From Mobula hypostoma (lineage: Eukaryota), in contig NC_086118.1 in assembly GCF_963921235.1 (NCBI RefSeq), forward strand, positions 24,738,001 through 24,802,000: DNA of 64,000 nt. The letters run 5' to 3'. A program made the position numbers and the translations under genes. This document shows positions 23,879-36,464 of the stretch, piece after piece. The notes beneath the pieces are model-generated. The model was not told the DNA's origin, did not search any database, and saw only the letters and a program-made list of their open reading frames with translations. Position 1 is the first letter of the stretch. Each line of letters begins with the position of its first letter.

Positions 23879-26800
23879 CAGTGATGGTAAGAATTGGAGG
23901 AGATGGCAGTTGAATGCGTGGCTGAGGAGTTGGTGCAGGGAGCAGAGTTTCAGATTTTTAGATCATTGGGATCTCTTCTGGGGAAGGTGGGACCTGTACA
24001 GATTGGATGGGTTGCACCTGAACTCGAGGGGGAGCAATATCCTTGCAGGTAGGTTTGCTAGTATGGTTCGGGAGGGTTTAAACTAATTTGCAAGGGGAAT
24101 GGGACCCAGAGCGATAGAGCAGTGAAAGAAGTGCACGGAGCAAAGCCAGATCTAACTTACAGAGAGGCTTTGAGGAAAGAGAAGCAGAATAAACGGTGTA
24201 AAGACAGTAAGGTAGAAGGGCTGAAATGTGTGTACCTCAATGCAAGAAGCATCAGGAACAAAGGTGATGAACTGAGAGCTTGGATACATACATGGAATTA
24301 TGATGTAGTGGCCATTACAGAGACTTGGTTGGCACCAGGGCAGGAATGGATTCTCAATATTCCTGGATTTCAGTGCTTTAAAAGGGATAGAGAGGGCGGG
24401 AAAAGGGGAGGAGGGGTGGCATTACTGGTCAGGGATACTATTACAGCTACAGAAAGGGTGGGTAATGTAGCAGGATCCTCTTTTGAGTCAGTATGGGTGG
24501 AAGTCAGGAACAGGAAGGGAGCAGTTACTCTATTGGGGGTATTCTATAGGCCCCGTGGTAGCAGCAGAGATACAGAGAAGCAGATTGGGAAGCAGATTTT
24601 GGAAAGGTGCAAAAATAACAGGGTTGTTATCATGGGTGACTTTAACTTCCCTAATATTGATTGGCACCTGATTAGTTCCAAGGGTTTAGATGGGGCAGAG
24701 TTTGTTAAGTGTGTCCAGGATGGATTCCTGTCACAGTATGTGGACAGGCCGACTAGGGGGAATGCCACACTAGATCTAGTACTAGGTAATGAACCGGGTC
24801 AGGTCACAGATCTCTCAGTGGGTGAGCATCTGGGGGACAGTGACCACTGCTCCCTGGCCTTTAGCATTATCATGGAAAAGGATAGAATCAGAGAGGACAG
24901 GAAAATTTTTAATTAGGGAAAGGCAAATTATGAGGCTATAAGGCTAGAACTTATGGGTGTGAATTGGGATGATGTTTTTGCAGGGAAATGTACTATGAAC
25001 ATGTGGTCAATGTTTAGAGATCTCTTGCGGGATGTTAGGGATAAGTTTATCCCAGTGAGGAAGATAAAGAATGGTAGGGTGAAGGAACCATGGGTGACAA
25101 GTGAGGTGGAAAATCTAGTCAGGTGGAAGAAGGCAGCATACATGAGGTTTAGGAAGCAAGGATCAGATGGGTCTATTGAGGAATATAGGGAAGCAAGAAA
25201 GGAGCTTAAGAAGGGGCTGAGAAGAGCAAGAGGGCATGAGAAGGCCTTGGCAAGTAGGGTAAAGGAAAACCCCAAGGCATTCTTCAATTATGTGAAGAAA
25301 ACAAGGATGACAGGAGTGAAGGTAGGACTGATTAGAGATAAAGGTGGGAAGATGTGCCTGGAGGCTGTGGAAGTGAGTGAGGTCGTCAATGAATACTTCT
25401 CTTCAGTATTCACCTATGAGAGGGAACTTGATGATGGTGAGGACAATATGAGTGAGGTTGATGTTCTGGAGCATGTTGATATTAAGGGAGAGGAGGTGTT
25501 GGAGTTGTTAAAATACATTAGGACAGATAAGTCCCCAGGGCCTGATGGAATATTCCCCAGGCTGCTCCCCGAGGCAAGAGAAGAGATTGCTGAGCCTCTG
25601 GCTAGGATCTTTATGTCCTCGTTGTCCACGGGAATGGTACCGGAGGACTGGAGGGAGGCCAATGTTGTCCCCTTGTTCAAAAAAGGTAGTAGGGATAGTC
25701 CGGGTAATTATAGACGAGTGCACCTTACATCTGTGGTGGGAAAGCTGTTGGAAAAGGTTCTTAGAGATAGGATCTATAGGCATTTAGAGAATCATGGTCT
25801 GATCAGGGACAGTCAGCATGGCTTTGTGAAGGGCAGATCGTGTCTAACAAGCCTGATAGAGTTCTTTGAGGAGGTGACCAGGCATATAGATGAGGGTAGT
25901 GCAGTGGATGTGATCTATATGGATTTTAGTAAGGCATTTGACAAGGTTCCACACGGTGGGCTTATTCAGAAAGTTAGAAGGCATGGGATCCAGGGAAGTT
26001 TGGCCAGGTGGGTTCTGAATTGGCTTGCCTGCAGAAGGCAGAGGGTGGTAGTGGAGGGAGTACATTCAGATTGGAGGATTGTGACTAGTGGTGTCCCACA
26101 AGGATCTGTTCTGGGACCTCTACTTTTCGTGTTTTTATTAACGACCTGGATGTGGGGGTAGAAGGGTGGGTTAGCAAGTTTGCAGACGACACAAAGGTTG
26201 GTGGTGTTGTAGATAGTGTAGAGGATTGTCAAAGATTGCAGAGAGACATTGATAGGATGCAGGAGTGGGCTGAGAAGTGGCAGATGGAGTTCAACCCGGA
26301 GAAGTGTGAGGTGGTACACTTTGGAAGGACAAACTCCAAGGCAGCGTACAAAGTAAATGGCAGGATACTTGATAGTGTGGAGGAGCAGAGGTATCTCAGG
26401 GTACATATCCACAGATCCCTGAAAGTTGCCTCACAGGTAGATAGGGTAGTTAAGAAAGCTTATGGGGTATTAGCTTTCATAAGTCAAGGGATAGAGTTTA
26501 AGAGTCGCGACGTAATCATGCAGCTCTATAAAACTCTGGTTAGGCCACACTTGGAGTACTGTGTCCAGTTCTGGTCACCTCACTATAGGAAGGATGTGGA
26601 AGCATTGGAAAGGGTACAGAGGAGATTTACCACGATGCTGCCTGGTTTAGAAAGTATGCATTATGATCAGAGATTAAAGGAGCTAGGGCTTTACTCTTTG
26701 GAGAGAAGGAGGATGAGAGGAGACATGATAGAGGTGTACAAGATAATAGGAGGAATAGATAGAGTGGATAGCCAGTGCCTCTTCCCCAGGGCACCACTGC

Positions 26801-27076
26801 TCAATACAAGAGGACATGGCTTTAAGGTAAGGGGTGGGAAGTTCAAGGGGGATATTAGAGGAAGGTTTTTTACTCAGAGAGTGATTGGTGCGTGGAATGA
26901 ACTGCCTGAGTCAGTGGTGGAGGCAGATACACTAGTGAAGTTTAAGAGACTACTAGACACGTATATGGAGGAATTTAAGGTGGGGGTGTATATGGGAGGC
27001 AGGGTTTGAGGGTCAGCATAACATTGTGGGCCAAAGGGCCTGTACTGCGCTGTACTATTCTATGTTCTATGTTCTA
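23879..27076 (+). mobile_element. CR1 LINE, 5'-truncated within ORF1 (esterase end), near-complete ORF2 (APE + RT)
   Basis: DGLHLN motif; APE motifs (NARSI, ITETW, GDFN, SDH); RT motifs (GVPQGSVLGP, FADD); stop at 24914-24916 and frameshift near 26135; (TTCTATG)n tail; TSD TGGTGA 23873-23878 and 27077-27082. Confidence 0.95.
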
Positions 27077-27528
27077 TGGTGAAGCACCCGGGCAACAGTT
27101 ACTGTATTCGCAGTCTCTCCCATCTCAGGCACTGAAGCTTGTAACTCCTCCAGAGTTGTGAGGCCTCCCTCACTAGTCTCCTTCTTGCATGGGTCACTCA
27201 AGTTTTTGAGGATGGCTTGCTCTAGGCAGATTTATAATTGTGTCATATTCTTGATGATTGACTTAACTGTACTCCAAAGGATATTCAGTGGCTTGGAAAT
27301 TTTCTTGCATCCATCTTCCGATTTGTGCTTTTCAATAGCCTTTTCACGGAGTTGCTTGGAGTGCTCTTTTGTCTCCATGGTGTAGTTTTTGCCAGGATAC
27401 TGACTCCCTAGTAGTTGGACCTTCCTAACACAGGTGTATTTTTACAACAATCAATTGAAACACCTTAACTGCATACAGGTGATCTCCATTTAACAAATTA
27501 CATGACTTTAAAACCAATTGGTGCACTA

Positions 27529-27618
27529 TACATCAAAGTTGCTGGTGAACGCAGCAGGCCAGGCAGCATCTATAGGAAGAGGCGCAGTCGACGTTTCAGG
27601 CCGAGACCCTTCGTCAGG
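27529..27618 (-). mobile_element. 90-bp PLE terminal insert containing the hammerhead core
   Basis: Reverse complement reads CCTGACGAAGGGTCTCGGCCTGAAACGTCGACTG..CAACTTTGATGTA, matching 9075-9164. Confidence 0.9.
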
Positions 27619-28629
27619 CTTGCGTACCTAGACAGCTAGGACACGACGTCCATGGTTGACCCTGACCGACGGAGGGTTCATCACTAAGTTGTTCTGTATT
27701 TCAATAAATACATAATTTGTTATTCAGTTAAGTGATAGGTTTATCTTTTTTAATACCTTTTTAACTTTTCTGTGACACCTCAGCTAATTGGGACAGCTGT
27801 TTAATTAGGTAAGAATGTACTGGGCCTGATAAATCCCAATTATCAAGAATCCACTGTGTATTCATTTTAGGGACAAAATAACAGCAGACCCAACATACTG
27901 TGCCTATAAAAAGTATTCACACCCTCTTGGAAGTTTTCATATTTTATTGTTTTACAACATTGATTCACAGTGGATTTAATTGGCTTTTTTGACACTGATC
28001 AACAGAAAAAGATTCACGTTAAAGTGAATACAAAGTGATCTAAATTAATCACAAATGTAAAAACAAAATAATTGATTGCATAAGTATTCACCTCCGTTAA
28101 TATGACACACCAAATCATCACTAGTGCACCCTTTGGTGTGTCATATTAACGGAGGTGAATACTTATGCAATCAATTATTTTGTTTTTACATTTGTGATTA
28201 ATTTAGATCACTTTGTATTCACTTTAACGTGAATCTTTTTCTGTTGATCAGTGTCAAAAAAGCCAATTAAATCCACTGTGAATCAATGTTGTAAAACAAT
28301 AAAATATGAAAACTTCCAAGAGGGTGTGAATACTTTTTATAGGCACAGTATATTGGGTCTGCTGTTATTTTGTCCCTAAAATGAATACACAGTGGATTCT
28401 TGATAATTGGGATTTATCAGGCCCAGTACATTCTTACCTAATTAAACAGCTGTCCCAATTAGCTGAGGTGTCATAGAAAAGTTAAAAAGGTATTAAAAAA
28501 GATAAACCTATCACTTAACTGAATAACAAATTATGTATTTATTGAAATACAGAACAACTTAGTGATGAACCCTCCGTCGGTCAGGGTCAACCATGGACGT
28601 CATGTCCTAGCTGTCTAGGTACGCAAGCC
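27617..28629. repeat. Near-perfect inverted repeat: 498-bp arms, 17-bp spacer
   Basis: 27617-28114 is the reverse complement of 28132-28629, about 3 mismatches by eye; spacer TCATCACTAGTGCACCC. Confidence 0.95.
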
Positions 28630-29503
28630 AGGGCAGTACAATATGGAGAGCAAGCTGTTGCCCGTGTAGCAAGTCCCCCTCCTCCCCCATGTAACTGATG
28701 AACCCAAAGAAATGGTAGAGACTGATACAGCTTGGCACCAGCAGTGACCCAGGAGCTCCCAGTCAGTGTTGAACTTAGCATAGGATTGCATTAGGGACTC
28801 CAGCTCTGGAATTTTCCCCTCAGGCTTTACTTCCAAAGCTTTCCCCATAAGTGGGTATAGTTGCAAGGCAGTGGAGGTTTGAAATCAAAGTTTTCCTTCT
28901 CCTAGGTGAGTCGCCAACTACGGCAATTTAATACATTACTAATATTACCACCATACTATAAAACTGTATTGGTTCCTAATAGTTAACTATGGCAGAATTC
29001 ATCCAGCGTACGCGGCTGTGTTATTTTGATTGAGTGTAACTGAACAAGATCAGCAGAGTCACCTAGGTCAGATAATGAGCTTTCGATGATTGCATCTTCC
29101 AAGTACTCATTTTCATTGTAACATTCAAGATTATCATAACCTTCAAGTGCTTCATTGTTCCTAACTTGAAGTAGTGAAATCATTTCACTGTCACTGCCGG
29201 CTGTGCCTAGCATCTCCAAGCCCAAAGCTAGTTAGAAACCGTTCATCAAGTCTCCTGTCCCAATCAGTCCCAAAGAAACAAAGGGAATCCTAGCTATTTT
29301 CTTGATTAGTTTTTGTTCTTTAAGAGTTGTCCCAAATAAGGGGCTGACCCAATTAACTGATTGACCAGAATTGAGAGTATCATGCACTGAGTAATAAGCA
29401 ATTACATGCATGGATTCATAATATAATCCATTTGTCAGTTTTGTATTTGGGTAACAAAGGGGGAAATAAAAGCAAATTGCCAGCTTTGAATGGGAATATA
29501 TTA

Positions 29504-29509
29504 TTTATT
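29504..29509 (-). terminator. Candidate TVP23B polyadenylation signal
   Basis: AATAAA on - about 1.45 kb after the stop, at the end of an AT-rich, repeat-poor UTR-like tract; alternatives near 30407 and 30923. Confidence 0.45.
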
Positions 29510-30950
29510 GTTATCACCAATTTAGTTGTAATTTATAGTGGAAGCCAAAAATTGGTATACCCAAACCTTTTTAAAACTCAAAATACCTATTTTTTGCAAC
29601 AAATAGAATCCCCCCAAAAAATTCAAGCTCGACCTATATCACAGACTATTATCTACAAGAGTGCAAACATGATCAGAACTGTCAAAATTGGCAGCTTCAG
29701 TTATTAACACCTTCGTTTATGAAATATTGATTTTTCTCTAGATATTAGAATAACGTTTCTGTTCCATTAGAAATTGTACAGACACGAAATGTACTTATCA
29801 CCAGATGCTAAAAGATTTGTTAATTTCATCATAATAAGGCTCTCCGTTCAAAATTATGCCTCTTCATATTATGGCAAAATGTTGAAAATGATCTTAAAAA
29901 TAGGGCTTGAGTTTTGTGCTTGATTATAAAACACAGTTATCATCCACAGCAGAAGTTTCCTGTGGAAAAACAACCATGGCTTCTTGTAAAGAAACGTCAT
30001 CTGCTTTGGATGCAAATAATAGCCAAAATATTAAGACAAAATATAAACCCTTCTTTGCAATTGGCTGCAGATTTCATTAAGATATCTAGAGTTGACTATC
30101 ATTTTAAAGTTTAATTATTTCATACCTATAAATGAAAATTCAAAATCAGAATGCTATGTCATCAGAAACATTTCCATGCTTCATGACAGCTTATTTTGAC
30201 TGAGTATTTGGTAGTAGCTCACTGACTGTATTATGGCTATGACTTGACATCCTTCATAGCTTCATTCACCAACTAAATCTTCACAACTTTAATCACACTT
30301 TCCAAATTCTATTTTAATAATCCTAGAAACACCAAGTCCATATAAAAGTATATTTTGTCTAATTTTCTTAGTTTACAATCTGACATGTAAGGTATTGAAA
30401 CATGAATTTATTGTTCTACTTTATAAAATAAACATCATAATGCTGTAATGCATGCTGTTAAAATCCTGGCTCCTTCAGAAACGTTTTACAGATCTTTCAC
30501 TACACTAGTATTAGAAAGCACACAGCATTTCTAAACATAGTCTCCCTCCACCAGCATCCGTGTATGTTTATTATAAAAGTTTTAAACATTAGCTAGATCC
30601 CATTTGCCATCAACCGCATTCCCCCACCCACTATTTTCTAAAGTGTGACAAGAATACCCTCACACCAAGCTACATCAGATTATCAATTTGGAATGATTCT
30701 AAAATTATTTCTTCCTTCAAAAGTTCATTTCATGCTCAATCACACACAATTGATTTTGAAGTTGAGATGGACAACGTCCAATAATTAACTCATAAAAAAG
30801 TAACAAATCATAAAGATAACTATTTGCCGCTAGCCTTGTGAATGCTAAGGAAAGGAAAACATCTGAAAATTGCCATTGTTGTGAATCATCAGCTGTTCAG
30901 TGCTGAAAATACAGTGTGTCAGGTTTATTTTCCAAAATGACCTTCCTTTT

Positions 30951-30983
30951 TTACGAATCGGCTTTCTCCTCTGTTTTTAATGC
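30951..30983 (-). CDS. TVP23B: TVP23B exon 7 coding part (ALKTEEKADS*)
   Basis: Acceptor TTCATTTCCCGTTTATTCACAG, phase 0, short C-terminal tail and TAA; completes a 207-aa protein. Confidence 0.7.
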   Translation of the reverse strand, partial: ALKTEEKADS

Positions 30984-32783
30984 CTGTGAATAAACGGGAA
31001 ATGAATTAGAACATAAAACACAGAATTTAATCAACAAGGTTCCAACTATTTTTGTTGTTCTTCCTAACAGATGCTCGTAGTACTGCACGCACCGTGGCTT
31101 TATTGTACATTCAGATCATACATGTCAGTGATACTAAACCCGATTCTGAAAAATTTCAACCACTATTGGAAGAAACTTAGTAGAACACAGTCTGTGCATC
31201 ACTCATTACTATGTTAATCTAATTAATACTCGATTTAAATAAGGTACATGTTCGTGTCAATTACGTCCATTTTTACGGATGGTGGTAGAGGTAAATGCAT
31301 TACGGGCATTTAAGAAACTCTTAAGATAGGCACATGGATGATAGAAGAATCAGGAGCTATGTAAGAGGGATGGGTGAAATTGATCTTACGAGTAGGGTAA
31401 AAGGGCAGCACAACATTGTGGACTGAAAGCTCTGTACTGTGCTATTTCATTCTTTTCACTTCATTTTGCTCTGTAGTTCAAATTGGAAATGTATGCAGTG
31501 CCTTTACCAGGTACATTATAAACCGGTAAAACACTTCTTCACATTGAGTAGCAAGCTCCCATCTGGTTCCTCTACTTGCTGCCAAAGTCACTGCATAACC
31601 ACTAAAATTCAATGCAAATAGACATCATTTGCTGCTTATTTTTGTAAAGATTTTCCAAGGTAATCCCAACAGCAGCTACAGAGAGGAAGGAGTGATGGCC
31701 AGAAACACATTATCTGTTATACAGAACTTTGTGACATGGGTCTGACATATCAGGAGAGATTGTGTAGACGAGGCCTAGGCTTCACTCAGCTTCACTCGCC
31801 CCATCACTGAACTGTTCCCACAACCTATCGACTCATTTTCAAAGACTCTTCATCTCACACTCCCAATATTTATTGCTTATTTATTGCTTATATTGCAATA
31901 TTTATTGCTTATTATTTTTTTCTTTTGTATTTTCACAATTTGTTGTCTTTTGCACACTGGTTGTCCGCTTTGTTTATGCGGTGTTTCTATTATAGTCATT
32001 GGATTTATTGAGTATGACCCCAAGAAAATGAATCTCAGGGTTGTAATGATGACATACAGTACATGTACTTTGAATTTTTCTCTCAAATGAACTTCTTTCT
32101 CTAAGTGATCTCCATGAAACTGTAATAATATTCTAAGGCTCAATGGGCTGGACATTTCATGACGTTTTCCTTGGCCGAGAAACCTGAAAATATGATGACA
32201 TTTTTCTTTTACTCAGATAGATGCAAGATGGTGGAGTGGAATAGGGGAAAGGGATGTTGTGCGGTCAGCAGATAAAAGATAAGGGGGTCAATCCCCAAGT
32301 CGATGTGAAGTTGGTAGGAGCAATACTCCAAAAGTTGATCAGAAAGTGGACTAATGTTGGGCTGAAACATAACCAGTGGTTGATCACCATCACCACCCCA
32401 CATCCACCCTGAAAGATATCAAGGCCAAGAACAAAGGCTAGTGGGCAGCGGGCCTGAACAATCAAGAAAGCTTCTTACGCTAGACCAACCCGAGAACCAA
32501 CAGGCAACTTAGTTTCCCTTTAAACAAGTCCAAAAGCAGGTTCAACTCTTCAATTAGGATTTGCTTCATTTGCAATGCCAAACAGCACATTGTAAATCAT
32601 TTGTCATCACTATGTTGTGTTTAGCCATTGGGATTTTGATAGTTTAATTGCAGGGTCTAAGTAGTTTCTGTAATCCAATAACAGCTGCTGCAGTGAATAG
32701 ATTACTCATTTTTTGACTATTTAAAGTCACAGAGTACTACAGCACAGAAGAAGGCCCTTCAGCCCAACCAGTCCATGCCAGCC

Positions 32784-35700
32784 TCTCATAAACAGGTTCA
32801 CCCTCTTGGAAGCTGTTGGGACAGAAGATGATGCCAGCCTGAGAGGCGGTCAGGTCTGCGAGTCAACAATTGGCACTGAAGCAAAGCCGAGGAGACAGAC
32901 GTCAGGCAGAGCCGTGGTAGTAGGGGACTCCATAGTGAGAGGTACAGAAAGGGGTTTCTGTGGCAACAGGCGAGATTTAAGGATGGTGTGTTGCCTCCCT
33001 GGTGCCGGGATCCAGGATGTCATGGACCGATTGCAGGGAATCCTCAAGAGTGAAGGTGAACATCCGGAAGTGGTGGTGCATGTTGGCACAAATGACATGA
33101 GGAAGAAGAGGAAAGACATTCTACAGCGTGACTTCAGAGAACTCGGAAGAAGTCTGAAAAGCAGGACTTCCAGGGTGGTTATCTCCGGTTTGCTTCCAGT
33201 TCCTCGTGCTGGAGTGGGCAAGAACAGGGAGATAATGGATCTGAATGTGTGGCTGAGGAACTGGTGCAGGAAGCAAGGATTTACATTCTTGGACCATTGG
33301 GGTATGTTTCGGGGTAAGGATGAATTGTACAAAAGGGACGGGTTGCACCTTAATAAGCGGGGCACCAGCATTCTGGCAGGCAGGTTTGCCTCTGCAACAC
33401 GGGTGTGTTTAAACTAAGTAGTGGGGGGGGGGAGGGGACAAACTGGAAACATAAGGATGGAGATAAAGGGAAAGTGAGAATAAGAAAAGTTAAGAAAGAC
33501 AGCAGAATCAACAGAGCAGAAAGCTCAAGAAGGGATCATACAGTATGGCCAAGTGAAATAGGAATCGATATGGGAGGTGAGGGGAGTAATGAATTAAAAG
33601 TATTATATATGAATGCATGGAGTATAAGAAATAAAGTGGACGAGCTTGAGGCACAGCTGGAAGTTGTTAAGTATGATGTTGTGGGAATAACAGAGACATG
33701 GCTTCAAGTGGACCGGGCCTGGGAAATGAATATTCAAGAGTATACGTCCTATCGAAAGGACAGACTGATGGGCAGAGGGGGTGGGGTGGCTCTGTTGGTG
33801 AGGAATGATATTCAGTCCCTTGCTAGGGGGGACATAGAATCAGGAGACGTAGAGTCAGTATGGATAGAACTGAGAAATTCTAAGGGTAGAAAGACTCTAA
33901 TGGGAGTTATCTACAGCCCCCCAAACAGTAGTCTGGATGTAGGGTGTAAATTGAATCAAGAGTTAAAATTGGCATGTCGCAAAGGTAATGCTACAGTTGT
34001 TATGGGGGACTTCAACATGCAGGTAGACTGGAGGAATCAGGTTGGTGCTGGACCCCAAGAAAGGGAGTTTGTGGACTCCCTCCGAGATGGATTCTTAGAA
34101 CAGCTTGTACTGGAGCCTACCAGAGAGAACGCAATTCTAGATTTAGTGTTGTGCAATGAACCGGATTTGATCAGGTACCTCGAGGTAAAGGAGGTAGTGA
34201 CCATAATATGATAAGTTTTAATCTACAATTTGAGAGGGAGAAGGGAAACTCGGAAGTGTCAGTATTACAGTTGAACAAGGGAACTATGGTGCTATGAGGG
34301 AGGAGCTGGCCAAAGTTCAATGGAACAATACCCTAGCAGGGATGACAGTGGAACAGCAACGGCAAGTGTTTCTGGGAATAATGCGGAAGGTGCAGGATCA
34401 GTTCGTTCCAAAGAGGAAAAAAGATCCTAAGGGGAGGCCGTGGCTGACAAGGGAAGTAATGGACAGTATAAAAATAAAAGAGAAGAAGTATAACATAGCA
34501 AAGACGAGTGGGAAGCCGAAGGACTGGGAAACTTTTAAAGAGCAACAGAGGTAACTAAGAAGGCAATACGTGGAGAAAAAATGAGGTACGAAGGTAAACT
34601 AGCCAAGAATATAAAGGAGGATAGTAAAAGCTTCTTTAGGTATGTGAAAAGAAAAAAAATAGTTAAGACCAAAATTGGGCCCTTGAAGACAGAAACGGGT
34701 GAATTTATTATGGGAAACAAGGAAATGGCAGACGAGTTGAACAGGTACTTTGGATCTGTCTTCACTAGGGAAGACACAAACAATCTCCCAGATATAATAG
34801 TGGCTGAAGGACCTAGGGTAATGGATGAACTGAAGGAAATCTATATTAGGCAGGAAATGGTGTTGGATAGACTGTTGGGTCTGAAGGCTGATAAGTCCCC
34901 GGGACCTGATGGTCCGCATCCCAGGGTACTTAAGGAGGTGGCTTTAGAAATTGTGGATGCATAGGTAATCATTTTCCAATGTTCTATAGATTCAGGATCA
35001 GTTCCTGTGGATTGGAGGGTGGCTAATGTTGTCCCTCTCTTCAAGAAGGGAGGAAGAGAGAAAACAGGGAATTATAGACCGGTTAGCCTGATGTTGGTGG
35101 TGGGAAAGATGCTGGAGTCAGTTATAAAAAATGAAATTATGACACATCTGGATAGCAGAAACAGGATCGGTCCAAGTTAACATGGATTTACGAAGGGGAA
35201 ATCGTGCTTGACTAATCTTCTGGAATTTTTTGAGGATGTAACTGTGAAAATGGACAAGGGAGAGCCAGTGGATGTAGTGTACCTGGACTTTCAGAAAGCC
35301 TTTGATAAAGTCCCACATAGGAGATTAGTGAGCAAAATTAGGGTACATGGTATTGGGGCAGAGTACTGACATGGATTGAAAATTGGCTGGCTGACAGAAA
35401 ACAAAGAGTAGTGATTAATGGGTATATTTCGGAATGGCAGGAGGTGACCAGTGGGGTACCGCAGGGTTCAGTGCTGGGACCGCAGCTGTTTACAATATAT
35501 ATTAATGATTTAGATGAGGGAATTAAAAGTAACATTAGCAAATTTGCCGATGACACAAAGCTAAGTGGCAGTGTGAAATGTGAGGAGGATGTTATGAGAA
35601 TGCAGGGTGACTTGGACAGGCTGGGTGAGTGGGCAGATGCATGGCAGATGCAGTTTAATGTGGATAACTGTGAGGTTATCCACTTTGGTTGTAAGAACAG

Positions 35701-36464
35701 GAAGGCAATTATCTAAATGGAGTCAAGTTAGGGAAAGGGGAAGTACAACGAGATCTAGGTGTTCTTGTACATCAGTCACTGAAAGCAAGCATGCAAGTAC
35801 AGCAGGCAGTGAAGAAAGCTAATGGCATGCTGGCCTTCATAACAAGGGGAATTGAGTATAAGAGCAAAGAGGTCCTTCTGCAGCTGTACAGGGCCCTGGT
35901 GAGACCACACCTGGAGTACTGTGTGCAGTTTTGGTCTCCAAATTTGAGGAAGGACATTCTTGCTATTGAGGGAGTGCAGCGTAGGTTCAGAAAGTTAATT
36001 CCCGGGATGGCGGAACTGTCATATGTCGAAAGATTGGAGCGACTGGGTTTGTATACTCTGGAATTTAGAAGGCTGAGAGGGGATCTTATTGAAACATATA
36101 AGATTATTAAGGGATTGGACACGCTGGAGGCAGGAAGCATGTTCCCGGTGATGGGTGAGTCCAGAACCAGAGGCCACAGATTAAGAATAAGGGGTAGGCC
36201 ATTTAGAACGGAGTTGAGGAAAAACTTTTTTACCCAGAGAGTGGTGGATGTATGGAATGCTCTACCCCAATAGGCTGTGGAGGCCAAGTCTCTGGATGCT
36301 TTCAAGAAAGAGATGGATAGAGCTCTTAAAGATAGCGGAATTAAAGGTTATGGGGATAAGGCAGGAACTGGAAACTGATTGTGGATGATCAGCCATGATC
36401 ACAGTGAATGGCGGTGCTGGGTCACAGGGCCGAATGGCCTACTTCTGCACCTATTGTCTATTGT
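32784..36464 (+). mobile_element. CR1 LINE (ORF1 SGNH esterase + disrupted ORF2) in TVP23B intron 6, nested in an older antisense CR1 tail
   Basis: VVVGDSIVRG, VHVGTND and DGLHLN esterase motifs; APE and RT motifs with several stops and frameshifts; (CTATTGT)n tail; candidate TSD CAGCC 32779-32783 and 36465-36469. Confidence 0.95.

Larger units (their letters stand above)
22970..28348 (-). mobile_element. Tc1-like DNA transposon (long IR/DR ends), interrupted by CR1 and PLE
   Basis: TA|CAGTGCC..GTATTCA left end and TGAATAC..GGCACAG|TA right end, ~210-bp terminal repeats with inner direct repeat; transposase fragment 'VLWSDETKI..VKHGGGCIMLWGCF' at 23577-23861. Confidence 0.85.

Noticed and set aside
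28390-29370. Possible Tigger/pogo-like remnant with a nested interspersed repeat
   Set aside because: Only weak end motifs (CAGTGGATTC..AATTGGG, CCCAATTA); too decayed to call by eye.
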